Assembly (NCBI GenBank): GCA_036676395.1
Contig: JAKFCY010000002.1
Coordinates: forward strand, 2,016,001 to 2,080,000
Length of the DNA stretch: 64,000 nt
From: Bdellovibrio sp.
GTDB taxonomy: Bacteria > Bdellovibrionota > Bdellovibrionia > Bdellovibrionales > Bdellovibrionaceae
Reading direction: 5' to 3'
A program made the translations under genes and the position numbers. Below, one piece after another: positions 1 through 9,235 of the stretch (position 1 is its first letter; the number at the start of each line of letters is the position of its first letter). The notes beneath the pieces were generated by a model. That model did not search any database. It had not been told where the DNA came from and was given only the letters and a program-made list of their open reading frames with translations.

Positions 1-215
1 CTCACTTACCAAAATTTTATTACCCGATAAATTAGAAAGGGCCTACAATGCAGACCCTGTGAGTGGACGGTTGTTTCTTCAATTAACTGGCTTATGGATG
101 CAAAGGTAAGATTTCGCGCGCCGACCACAATGCCAGATTCATTTTGCCCACCTAAAGCATAAACACGGCTGATTCAACTCCCTTTTAACGTGTCAAAAAT
201 AGACTTTAGTTGCAA

Positions 216-241
216 AACATTCTAAAATTCATTAGAATGTT
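216..241. promoter_or_regulatory. Palindromic operator (probable ArsR-rhodanese site) overlapping a sigma70-type promoter
   Basis: AACATTCTAA-N6-TTAGAATGTT inverted repeat. TTGCAA (210-215), 17 nt, then TAGAAT (233-238); ATG follows 6 nt later. Confidence 0.75.
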
Positions 242-244
242 AGT

Positions 245-937
245 ATGAAACGTAAAATAAAAGATTCGGTCTATGGTCATATGGCGACAGTTACTAAAGC
301 TTTGGGCAATCCTAAGCGCTTAGAAATTATTGACCTTTTAAGTCAGGGCGAGAAGTCTGTCGAACTGCTCGCTGAACAAGCTGAGTTAGGAATCAAAAAT
401 GCCAGCGCTCAATTAAAAGAGTTAAAAGCTGCCCGGCTGGTGGAATCGCGTAAAGACGGTAAATATGTTTATTACAAATTGAGTGATCCACAGGTTGCCC
501 GCTTCTGGGTAGAACTTAGCAAGTTTTCTCGAAATCGCATCGCTGAAATTGAACAACTTTTATCGCTAGCAATCGGTCAGGCAGACGTCTTAGAAAAAAT
601 CGACCGCGAAACACTACTTAAGCGCGCCAAATCTGGAGATGTCATTTTACTTGATGTCAGACCGGAAGATGAATTTTCAACAGCACACTTACCCTTTGCG
701 CGCTCTATTCCTATCACCGCACTAAAAGCCCGCTTAAAGGATTTGCCTAAATCAAAAATGATTGTTGCCTACTGCCGCGGCCCTTATTGCTTCTATGCAA
801 AAGATGCCGTGGATTTTCTTCGAAAAAATGGGTTCAAAGCAGAGCAATTAAAAGACAGCGTTCACGATTGGGCCTCTGAAGGTTTACCTGTTGAAACTTT
901 CTGTACTCCAACTTACCCAATGAAAGGAAAAATATGA
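245..937 (+). CDS. ArsR/SmtB-family regulator fused to a rhodanese domain
   Basis: N-terminal KALGNPKRLEIIDLL...ASAQLKELK...RKDGKYVYY HTH; C-terminal DVRP...YCRGPYC rhodanese motif. Confidence 0.92.
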   Translation: MKRKIKDSVYGHMATVTKALGNPKRLEIIDLLSQGEKSVELLAEQAELGIKNASAQLKELKAARLVESRKDGKYVYYKLSDPQVARFWVELSKFSRNRIAEIEQLLSLAIGQADVLEKIDRETLLKRAKSGDVILLDVRPEDEFSTAHLPFARSIPITALKARLKDLPKSKMIVAYCRGPYCFYAKDAVDFLRKNGFKAEQLKDSVHDWASEGLPVETFCTPTYPMKGKI

Positions 938-1665
938 TTCTGCGACAATTTCTTCATAAAGATCCAATTGGAATCTCTTATTTATTCGGCTGCGTGGGCC
1001 AAGCCTCTGCAGCCGTTGTCGACCCTGCAAATGATGTCGATTTTTACATTAAGGCAGCAACAGAAACTGGTGTTCGCATTTGCTATGTCATCGACACACA
1101 CATTCACGCCGATCACGTGTCGGCAGGCAAAAGATTAGCAGAGGCGACCGGAGCTGAGTATATTTTATCTTCAAAGGCAGAGGTTTCATTTTCATTTAAA
1201 GCTGTTAACGATAAAGACATTCTACAACTCGGCAATGTATCAATCGAGATTTGGCATACACCAGGACACACTCCAGAGCATTTAAGTTTGATCGTTAGAG
1301 ACCACACCCGATCAGAAGACCCATGGTTTGTTGCCACTGGACACACACTGATGGTGGGAGATTTAGGCCGAACCGAACTTGCTACTTCAGCAGAGGCCGG
1401 CGCAAAAGATCTTTACAAAAGTATCAACAGACTTAAAACTCTTCCGGACTATATTGAAATTATGCCCGGAGCTTACGCCGGCTCGGTTTGCGGACGACGA
1501 CTGAGCGGAAAACCCTTCTCTACGATTGGTTTTGAAAAACGTAACAATCAAGCCTTTAAGATTAATGATGAAGCTGAATTTATTCAATTCATGATCAATG
1601 AAACTCCCCCTGAACCAGACGGCGCTGCGAAACTTCGCGCCATAAATTCAGGTTTAACAAAATGA
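934..1665 (+). CDS. MBL-fold metallohydrolase (persulfide dioxygenase-like)
   Basis: THIHADH, HTPGHTPEH and STIGFEK motifs; ATGA overlap with the ArsR-rhodanese gene. Confidence 0.88.
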   Translation: MILRQFLHKDPIGISYLFGCVGQASAAVVDPANDVDFYIKAATETGVRICYVIDTHIHADHVSAGKRLAEATGAEYILSSKAEVSFSFKAVNDKDILQLGNVSIEIWHTPGHTPEHLSLIVRDHTRSEDPWFVATGHTLMVGDLGRTELATSAEAGAKDLYKSINRLKTLPDYIEIMPGAYAGSVCGRRLSGKPFSTIGFEKRNNQAFKINDEAEFIQFMINETPPEPDGAAKLRAINSGLTK

Positions 1666-2936
1666 CATTGAAAAATTCAGAAGCTTCAGGCGTTAAACTG
1701 GGATTAAGCGAGAACTGGATTCAGTTTTCACTTTTAGTGTTAGTAAATATTTTTGTCGGCGGCATGATTGGTCTTGAACGAACAGTCGTTCCACTTATCG
1801 GCTCTGAAGAATTCAAAATATCATCTACAACATTAATTGCTTCTTTCATTGCAAGTTTCGGCATAGCAAAAGCGTTTACTAATCTGGTGTCAGGCGAGAT
1901 GGCCGATCGCTTTGGCAGAAAAAAAACCTTAGTGCTGGGATGGCTGTTGGGAATTCCTGTGCCGTTTTTAATTATCTGGGCACCGAGCTGGAACTGGATA
2001 ATTGCCGCTAATATTCTTTTAGGTGTCAGCCAAGGTTTTGCGTGGTCCATGTGTGTGATTATGAAAATCGATCTCGTTGGGCCAAAATCCCGTGGCCTTG
2101 CCGTTGGCTTAAATGAATTCGCCGGATATTTTATGGTCGGCCTTACTGCATATTTAACCGGGCTAATTGCTTCTACGACAGGTCACCTCAGGCCAGAGCC
2201 ATTTTATTTAGGAATCGGCTATGCGTTTTCTGGCCTTCTTATCTCTATATTTTTTGTGCGCGATACGATTCATCACGTTAATCTTGAAGCCGCAAATCAT
2301 TCTTTAGAAAAAGTGATTTCTTTTAAAGATGTTTTTCTAAAGACGTCTTTTAAAGACCGAAACCTTTTAGCGGCGTCTCAGGCTGGTTTAGTTAATAATC
2401 TGAATGACGGAATGAGCTGGGCTATTTTTCCACTTTTTTTTGTGGCTCGCGGATTGGGCGTTGAGCCCATTGGTATTTTGAAAGCGATTTACCCGGGCGT
2501 TTGGGGCGTCATGCAAACTATTACCGGCCCAATCAGTGACCGTATTGGCCGTAAAGGATTGATTGTCTTCGGCATGTGGACTCAGGCAGCCGCACTTTTT
2601 ATGGTGCCGATTCTTACTGGTTTTTATTGGTGGCTCGTGGCAAGCGTACTCTTAGGCATTGGAACTGCGATGGTTTATCCAACATTAATCGCGTCGGTTT
2701 CAGATTATTCGCATCCCTTGTGGCGAGCTCGATCATTAAGTATCTATAGATTTTGGCGCGATATCGGGTATGCCGTTGGCGCATTGCTAGCAGGACTGGT
2801 TGGCGATGCCTATGGACTGAGTTGGTCGATCGCAGCGGTAGGATTACTGACGTTTATATCCGGCGCGATTGTCGCAGCCCTTATGACCGACGACAAACCA
2901 AGAATAATGCCTTACGCCCAAGGAAAGTCTCTCTGA
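1662..2936 (+). CDS. MFS transporter
   Basis: About 12 hydrophobic segments; MFS motif A (ADRFGRK, SDRIGRK); coupled to the upstream gene. Confidence 0.9.
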   Translation: MTLKNSEASGVKLGLSENWIQFSLLVLVNIFVGGMIGLERTVVPLIGSEEFKISSTTLIASFIASFGIAKAFTNLVSGEMADRFGRKKTLVLGWLLGIPVPFLIIWAPSWNWIIAANILLGVSQGFAWSMCVIMKIDLVGPKSRGLAVGLNEFAGYFMVGLTAYLTGLIASTTGHLRPEPFYLGIGYAFSGLLISIFFVRDTIHHVNLEAANHSLEKVISFKDVFLKTSFKDRNLLAASQAGLVNNLNDGMSWAIFPLFFVARGLGVEPIGILKAIYPGVWGVMQTITGPISDRIGRKGLIVFGMWTQAAALFMVPILTGFYWWLVASVLLGIGTAMVYPTLIASVSDYSHPLWRARSLSIYRFWRDIGYAVGALLAGLVGDAYGLSWSIAAVGLLTFISGAIVAALMTDDKPRIMPYAQGKSL

Positions 2937-2982
2937 AAATAAACTTTTAAGAGAGATATTAACCTGCAAAAAAATGTGGGTT

Positions 2983-3711
2983 TTACTTTTGCAACAGCCC
3001 AACCTTGCTGGCTAAAATACACAGCCCATACCCGAAGTCGATTTCACCTTTTATTTTTGCGAAGTTCGCACTTTTTGGAAAAGCGTGATGATTATTTTGC
3101 AATCCTTCACCAAAAACAAAAAGACTTACAAAAGTATTGTTCGTTGAATGATCGTTGGTTTCAAAATTTCTATAACCATATTTATGCGCTAATGAATTTA
3201 CCATCCAGCCGTGAACAGGATGGCTCATAATCCCAACGTAATAAGCAGCTCCGATTATCCAAGCTCCGGCGAAATACCCGAAAGCTACTGAAATCGCTAA
3301 ATGCAGAAAATAAGGAATTAACCACATTTTTTTTCTATTCAGTCGACTGACTTCAAAATTTATATCAGTCACTAACTGGATATATTTTTTATTCTTTTTA
3401 ATCAGGCCGATTAATGCGCGTTCATAAGAACGAAGCTGACCTAAAGCCACACCAAATACCCCGAAGCGAACAGGGCTATGCGGATCATTTTCAGTGTCTG
3501 AATACATATGATGGGCCCGGTGCATACACACCCATGCTTTGGGATCAATTCCTGTTACCCATATCCCCGTTTTTGAGATCAGCCACACGGATGCTCGGTT
3601 TAATTTCACCGAACCGTGCGCAAGACCGCGGTGGTATAAAACTGTGATATAAAAAATATTTAGCAAGCTGGCCAATGAAAATACGATGAAGGCGATTAAA
3701 AAAGTATTCAC
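2983..3711 (-). CDS. Membrane fatty-acid (acyl-CoA delta-9-type) desaturase
   Basis: His boxes HRGLAH, HRAHH and QNNHHAFP; GTG start. Confidence 0.9.
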   Translation of the reverse strand: MNTFLIAFIVFSLASLLNIFYITVLYHRGLAHGSVKLNRASVWLISKTGIWVTGIDPKAWVCMHRAHHMYSDTENDPHSPVRFGVFGVALGQLRSYERALIGLIKKNKKYIQLVTDINFEVSRLNRKKMWLIPYFLHLAISVAFGYFAGAWIIGAAYYVGIMSHPVHGWMVNSLAHKYGYRNFETNDHSTNNTFVSLFVFGEGLQNNHHAFPKSANFAKIKGEIDFGYGLCILASKVGLLQK

Positions 3712-3860
3712 TCTAAATCCTCGCCTTTAAAGTCGAACTCAAAATCAAATGGGTCAGCTAAAAAATAGACTGAAACTATCTTCTTTAGTTTTCGCTTAAG
3801 TTTGTTCTTTTTACGACGCAAGATGCGCTGAGCAAGGGCTTTATTTACGACTATAGTCAT
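3708..3860 (-). CDS. Small 50-aa protein not in the ORF track (MTIVVNKALAQRILRRKKNKLKRKLKKIVSVYFLADPFDFEFDFKGEDLE)
   Basis: AGGAG Shine-Dalgarno before the ATG at 3860; its TGA overlaps the desaturase GTG start (GTGA). Confidence 0.65.
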   Translation of the reverse strand: MTIVVNKALAQRILRRKKNKLKRKLKKIVSVYFLADPFDFEFDFKGEDLE

Positions 3861-3948
3861 ATATTCTCCTAGTTAACGTTTGTGTCTTTATTATGAGTTT
3901 ATTTTATAAATCAAGAGGTAAAATTACGATTCAAACGTTTATAATCAC

Positions 3949-3966
3949 AGTATACATACGTTTACT
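3949..3966. promoter_or_regulatory. DesT/FabR-like operator
   Basis: AGTATAC-N4-GTTTACT, an 18-bp imperfect palindrome between the divergent desaturase operon and the TetR gene. Confidence 0.65.
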
Positions 3967-4028
3967 GAGTTTAGCAAGGGGCCATTTTTACGTTGACTAA
4001 GCTATTGTAATCACGACACAATATCGGC

Positions 4029-4688
4029 ATGAGCCAACGATCAGAACAAAAGTCCAAAACAAGAGATCAATTAATAGCCTCTGGCTTAAAACTTAGCGGC
4101 AAAAAAGGCTTTTCAGCTTTGAGCTTACGCGAGGTCGCCACCGACGCCGGCATCACCCCTGCGGGCTTTTATAAACATTTTCATGACATGGAAGAATTAG
4201 GCTTAGCCATGCTAGACGAAGTTGGCTTAAGCCTTCGCAGACTTTTACGCGAAGCTCGCAAGAAAGTTGCGCCGGGCCCTGATGCCGTTCGATTATCAGT
4301 AGAAGCTTTTTTAAAATTTATTACTGAAAATGGAAACCTATTTCGCCTGCTGCTGGGCGAACGCCAAGGCGCAAGCCCAACGTTTAGAAAAGCCATTCAT
4401 ACAGAATTCGACCGGTTCGTTAGCGAAATGAGTGTCGATTTACAAAGAATCCATGAAGGTTTGAAATTACCCCTGCGCGACCCTGCTATGACGGCAGAGG
4501 CTATTGTAGCCATTGTATTTACATTGGGTGCTGAAGCGCTGGATTTGCCAAAGCATAAGCAAGTTGGGCTTGTAGAACGATTAACGGCGCATGTTCAAAC
4601 GATACTTCGTGGCTCTATTGATCTAGAGCGAAAAGTAAGCAAACCGAAAAAATCTAATCCGCGACGTGCTCGCTCGCTGGCGGAGTAA
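4029..4688 (+). CDS. fabR: TetR-family regulator, FabR/DesT-like
   Basis: LSLREVATDAGITPAGFYKHFHDMEELGL and FRLLLGERQGAS resemble FabR/DesT; divergent from a desaturase. Confidence 0.8.
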   Translation: MSQRSEQKSKTRDQLIASGLKLSGKKGFSALSLREVATDAGITPAGFYKHFHDMEELGLAMLDEVGLSLRRLLREARKKVAPGPDAVRLSVEAFLKFITENGNLFRLLLGERQGASPTFRKAIHTEFDRFVSEMSVDLQRIHEGLKLPLRDPAMTAEAIVAIVFTLGAEALDLPKHKQVGLVERLTAHVQTILRGSIDLERKVSKPKKSNPRRARSLAE

Positions 4689-7059
4689 AACTCGTATTCC
4701 AACGAACAACCTGACTCACGCGAACTTCATCAACGACACCATTTAAAGACGTTGTGCCATTGTAGCCGACGCGAAGGGCTGCCGTCGAAGCCGCTAACCG
4801 ACTTGAACCTACAGTGCCAATACTTGATGTACCTTTAGCAACGCCGTTAAAATAATATTTGATCGAGCCTAAATTCCACGTCATTGCCACATGGTTAAAA
4901 CCTGCGGTCAAAGCTGTTTCTTCTGCGGCTGTAAAACTTGTCGATTTAACTTCGGAATATGTTGTACCGTTTAAACTACCGCGAAAATAAATAAAATATT
5001 TTGAGCCCTGTTTTCTGATGCCGTATTCAAAACTGGCCAAAGAAGATCCAGAATTAATTTTTGACACCACCGGAGCATAACTTCCAGGAAGAGAATTTAA
5101 TTGTACAAACGATTCTAGTGTTAAATAACTGGCGATCGCAGCTTGCGACGGCGTATTAGCTACTGTCACATAGTTTGAAGTCGTATTCATACTTCGGCCT
5201 TCAGAAAATTTACCGGCGACATTACCCGAAGAATTATCGCTTAAATCATTTTTAGCCCCGCCGCTATATAGGCCTGCATCAGCTAATGGTGAAGCGCTAT
5301 TCAGATGGTAAAGAGCAATACTTTTATAAGATTCTTGCGTCCATGTATAAGTGGCCGGCGTGCTATCGCTGTTGCCGGCTTGGTCAAGCGCGCGAATGTC
5401 TAATGTATGTGAACCATTTGATAGCGAAGAATAATTCAGTGGCGACACACAAGTGCTATAGGCGGCCCCGTCTAAACTGCATTGAAATGTGACTGGCGAT
5501 TCATCGGATGAAAACGTAAAAGTTGAAACCATCGAGTAATTCGTACTGCTTGGTTGCGAAGCCAGTGTTGTCATGGGCTCAACTGTGTCTTTTGTCCACG
5601 TCTTAGCTGTCTGAGCCGAATTACTAACTCCATTTGTTTGATAAACACTTAAATTATAAGTGCCATCCGGTTTGCTAATCGTGTAGCCAAAGGCTGAATC
5701 AACACAAGATACAGATAAGCTGTTGCTGGGAGTAATAACATCTGTTGCGCTTACGCCTTGCAAAACGACTGTCAGACCTGTTTCGCAAGTTCCGCTAAGA
5801 TTTAACTCGACAACATTACTGATAAAAGGTTGCGCAGAAGGAGACGTGATCGTGACCATCGGCAATGAAAAAGAATCGCGGATCCAATCCTGGTTTGCCG
5901 CGCCCGATGTGTTCTGCGCTAAATCAGTTTGATCAATAGCATAAGAATAGGCGCCATCCACAGCCTGAGAAACAGAAAATGTAAAACCTTGTGAAACACA
6001 AACCACCGACTGGTTGTCGTCTCCGGTTAAATTTACCGTAGCATTGTTTTCACAACTCCCTGTGATAACTAACATTGAACTGGTCGTAGCCGGTGAAAGT
6101 GTTGGCGATGTGATAATTGGTGCAACAGGAATTTGCGTATCGTACACCCACTGAAAATCATAAGTCGCCGATTCGATTAAGGTAACGGCATCTATTTGAT
6201 AAACCGAAAGCGTGTAAGCTCCATCAACTCCTTTCGCAATATTGATCGTGTAAGTACCACTTGCACTACAGGTCGTATTTGCCAGACTGGCACCCGCTTC
6301 GGCAATATGAACTATGTTATCGGCGATGCAAGAACCTGAAACCACCAGCGGAGAAAAATTTGTGTAATGCGGATTATCGGTAAAATTAGTAATCGCTGGC
6401 GTCGAAGGAATTGTCGTGTCGCGAACCCACGTAAAAGTGACTGCCGTCGATGAATTTGCGGCCGAGTCAATTTGGCTTAAATAATAATTATAAGCCCCAT
6501 CACTAGCTTGATTAATATTGTTAATTGAAAAAGTTCCGCCTGTGCATGATGTTGTTGCTGTATGACTTCCGGTCATAACCACAGAGGCACCGGTTTCGCA
6601 CTGACCAGCTAGGCTCAGACTAGAATCGCCCGAAGTAAAGGGACTGGTTAACGGACTAGTAATAATAATTTCGGCAGGCACATTATTATCTAAGATCCAT
6701 GACACCCTGACATTTCCTGAAGTACCGGCGGCATTGGCTTGGCTGACATCAAGAAAATAATTACCGCTTAAAGTTTTTGAAACAGTAAAACTATATGAAC
6801 TAGAAACACAAGCAGCACTTTGTGTATCATCACCACTCAACGTAACAGTTGCCTCGGATTCGCAGGCTCCGGTAATAGTTAAGGCTTGGTTCGTAAGGGC
6901 GTTCAGTGAAACTGGATTGGCCACCGTTGGTTTAGCTGGAACACTCACCGCGGGAGTTACTGAAGGGGCGAGGCCATCTTCTTCGATTTTTTTACTGCAA
7001 CTACTAAAAGTCAGCACAGTAAGCGCTATAAATAGTAAGTAAACGTACAACAAACGCAT
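4654..7059 (-). CDS. Large surface lipoprotein with Ig-like repeats and a C-terminal LamG/ConA-like domain
   Basis: Lipobox FSSC; five LxxxGxC repeats; C-terminal HVAMTW...YFNGV...LNGVVDEVRVS LamG motif. Confidence 0.8.
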   Translation of the reverse strand: MRLLYVYLLFIALTVLTFSSCSKKIEEDGLAPSVTPAVSVPAKPTVANPVSLNALTNQALTITGACESEATVTLSGDDTQSAACVSSSYSFTVSKTLSGNYFLDVSQANAAGTSGNVRVSWILDNNVPAEIIITSPLTSPFTSGDSSLSLAGQCETGASVVMTGSHTATTSCTGGTFSINNINQASDGAYNYYLSQIDSAANSSTAVTFTWVRDTTIPSTPAITNFTDNPHYTNFSPLVVSGSCIADNIVHIAEAGASLANTTCSASGTYTINIAKGVDGAYTLSVYQIDAVTLIESATYDFQWVYDTQIPVAPIITSPTLSPATTSSMLVITGSCENNATVNLTGDDNQSVVCVSQGFTFSVSQAVDGAYSYAIDQTDLAQNTSGAANQDWIRDSFSLPMVTITSPSAQPFISNVVELNLSGTCETGLTVVLQGVSATDVITPSNSLSVSCVDSAFGYTISKPDGTYNLSVYQTNGVSNSAQTAKTWTKDTVEPMTTLASQPSSTNYSMVSTFTFSSDESPVTFQCSLDGAAYSTCVSPLNYSSLSNGSHTLDIRALDQAGNSDSTPATYTWTQESYKSIALYHLNSASPLADAGLYSGGAKNDLSDNSSGNVAGKFSEGRSMNTTSNYVTVANTPSQAAIASYLTLESFVQLNSLPGSYAPVVSKINSGSSLASFEYGIRKQGSKYFIYFRGSLNGTTYSEVKSTSFTAAEETALTAGFNHVAMTWNLGSIKYYFNGVAKGTSSIGTVGSSRLAASTAALRVGYNGTTSLNGVVDEVRVSQVVRWNTSFTPPASEHVAD

Positions 7060-7148
7060 AACTTAATTATACCGACTTCTTTTAGCTTTTTAAATGAAGT
7101 TATCTAGGCGTATTAAATTGAGACATTTACGAACAATTCTTTATTTAT

Positions 7149-7544
7149 TTATTGCGTAACATCATTGAGAGTCTTTTGAGCCAGCGAGTTAAGAAAGGCC
7201 TGCAAAGCATCAGACAGGCTTTTTTTAAGCGTACAACGGTTTTGAAATACACAGTCGCACTTCCTGTCAGAAAAACATTCAGCTATATAAAATGAAGGCT
7301 CTGTCTTCAGGATTATTTCTTTAAGGCTTCTGCGCCCGGTTTGCTCGGTGATCAGAAGACCGCCGGCCCGGCCGCGGCTGGTTTCAATAAAATTTAGTTT
7401 CGCAAGCTGATTTGAAACTTTAATCAGATTATTTTTCGAGATGCCGACTTTCTCTGTGAGCTCATTTAAAGTAACAAGTCTTTTTTTCTCGTTTAGGTAC
7501 ATAAGCACTCTTAATGAATAATCAGTATGATCCGTTAAACGCAT
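7149..7544 (-). CDS. nsrR: Rrf2-family NO-sensing repressor, NsrR-like
   Basis: MRLTDHTDYSLRVLMYL, RGRAGG and Cys cluster ECF...CDC...C; start taken at ATG 7544 with a GGGGAG RBS; next to nnrS and a globin. Confidence 0.85.
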   Translation of the reverse strand: MRLTDHTDYSLRVLMYLNEKKRLVTLNELTEKVGISKNNLIKVSNQLAKLNFIETSRGRAGGLLITEQTGRRSLKEIILKTEPSFYIAECFSDRKCDCVFQNRCTLKKSLSDALQAFLNSLAQKTLNDVTQ

Positions 7545-7557
7545 TAGCTTTACTCCC

Positions 7558-8679
7558 CTAGCATGAAGGCTTCGCCTGCGGTCCAGGCTTGAAGATTTTG
7601 GGTAAAAATGTGAAACACCAGCTAACAACTGCAAGTATCCAGAATGTTGCAGCCATGTGAAGATAACTTATCTTCCATAACCCGCCCGAAAACCCATATA
7701 AAATTCTTGAAATAATAGCCAAGAGCAAAAACACGACAAGACACCAAAGAGCTGGTGATTTCATCTCAAGATCGGTAGAGTATGCCCCATGAGCCAATGT
7801 CACGCGTGTAGCAACAGCAAACGTGATCAAACCAAAACAGCCGATAAAAAGAAAATGAAACCACGTCAGATACATCGAAGGTTGAAGCCAAATAAGAAAA
7901 AAACTTAAGGGAATCATAGCCGCAACAATACGAACACCATGTTTTAAGGCTGATGGGCGTTCGGATGGCCGCTGAATTTGCCAGATTTTAAAAAGATACA
8001 CTAACGACAATAATGTTAAACCAAGATAGGCTATTGTGACTCCCAGCCCAGCTAAATAAAGAAGCCCTGCCATCAAAGCTCCTGCACTATGAAATAAAAG
8101 ACGAAGCCATAATGAGGTTATATTTTCGAACACAGATGGAAGCCCCGAAAGAAACGAAAAAAAACGAGTTCCAATACCTAACACTAACAGCAAAGTTGTT
8201 CCGACATGATAAAGATGAATTCCCATAAAGGAATTTCCGCTAAAATGAAAGTATGAGCCCAGTAGGGCCAGCATCATAGCCATGCCTACGTGAGAGAAAA
8301 AAACTGGAACCGGCTTGGTCAATTTAAGAATTCTTCGTCCACCAAAGACAATCATAAATAAAATCAGCAGGGCTTGATTGGTGTAAAAAAACTTCGCGTC
8401 TACTTTCCAGGAAAAAACCGTCTGACCGATCAACAAAACCGAAGCAAAAAGGTATTCGATTTTATTCGCGCCAGCAGTTCCCGACATTCGCGGCATTGCT
8501 GTCATTAAAAAACCAACGATAAAACACCACAAAAATCCACCGGCGATAAGTTTCGAATGAATCAGCAAAGAGGGGCTTTCAAACCAACCCAGGTTTTGCA
8601 CGAACCAAACACCGACAGCCAGTAAGGCATTTAAAATGCCTAACGGAAAAAATAACTGATACGGTGAAATATTTTTCAT
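7558..8679 (-). CDS. nnrS: NnrS-family membrane protein
   Basis: PYQLFFPLG, GFLMTAMPRMSG and RVTLAHG motifs; polytopic membrane protein. Confidence 0.82.
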   Translation of the reverse strand: MKNISPYQLFFPLGILNALLAVGVWFVQNLGWFESPSLLIHSKLIAGGFLWCFIVGFLMTAMPRMSGTAGANKIEYLFASVLLIGQTVFSWKVDAKFFYTNQALLILFMIVFGGRRILKLTKPVPVFFSHVGMAMMLALLGSYFHFSGNSFMGIHLYHVGTTLLLVLGIGTRFFSFLSGLPSVFENITSLWLRLLFHSAGALMAGLLYLAGLGVTIAYLGLTLLSLVYLFKIWQIQRPSERPSALKHGVRIVAAMIPLSFFLIWLQPSMYLTWFHFLFIGCFGLITFAVATRVTLAHGAYSTDLEMKSPALWCLVVFLLLAIISRILYGFSGGLWKISYLHMAATFWILAVVSWCFTFLPKIFKPGPQAKPSC

Positions 8680-8721
8680 TTTTTATACCTACTAAAATCC
8701 TTCAAGCCGATTGACAACTCA

Positions 8722-8752
8722 TGTAATGTTGCATATCAAATACAACATTACA
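8722..8752. promoter_or_regulatory. NsrR-type operator
   Basis: TGTAATGTTG-CATATCAAATA-CAACATTACA palindrome with core GTTGCAT-N5-ATACAAC; TTGACA at 8711-8716. Confidence 0.8.
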
Positions 8753-8791
8753 ACGAAATTTGCTAAAGTAGACCGCCAAAGCGAGGTTTAA

Positions 8792-9226
8792 ATGAAACAA
8801 AATGAATCACCAAAAACTGGCAAATCTGTGAAACTTAATGGAATTGAATTCACTCATGATGATATTTTTCGCGTTGTCGATAATTTTTATGACCGCATTC
8901 AACAAGACCCTATGCTTCAGGTTCCGTTTAAGTCTGTCGAAGACTGGCCAGAACACATTCGTAATCTTACCCATTTTTGGTGGGCACGCTTTGGTGGTCA
9001 GCCCTACCTTTTCAATTTTTACAATCCAGTTGAGAAGCATTTTTTCGCAGGGTTCAACCAAGAACTTTTGGCCAGATGGCTTTTTCTTTTTTCTGAAACG
9101 CTTCAGACCCAACTAAAACCCGAGCAAGCGGCTCTCTGGACGTTAATTTCAGAACGCATGGGCGAAGGTTTATCGATTAAAAATGAACTCTATAAAAAAG
9201 AGTATGAAGCGCGAGAACGAAAATAA
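8792..9226 (+). CDS. Group III truncated haemoglobin
   Basis: VVDNFYDRIQQDPML, DWPEHIRNLTHFW, PVEKH and RWLFLF motifs. Confidence 0.88.
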   Translation: MKQNESPKTGKSVKLNGIEFTHDDIFRVVDNFYDRIQQDPMLQVPFKSVEDWPEHIRNLTHFWWARFGGQPYLFNFYNPVEKHFFAGFNQELLARWLFLFSETLQTQLKPEQAALWTLISERMGEGLSIKNELYKKEYEARERK

Positions 9227-9235
9227 TTCGCACTT

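Noticed and set aside
2..109. Open frame SLTKILLPDKLERAYNADPVSGRLFLQLTGLWMQR
   Set aside because: Could be the end of an upstream gene but is too short to support a call.
4654..4688. 35-bp convergent overlap of the TetR and lipoprotein genes
   Set aside because: Short 3' overlaps are common and it involves only a low-complexity C-terminal tail.
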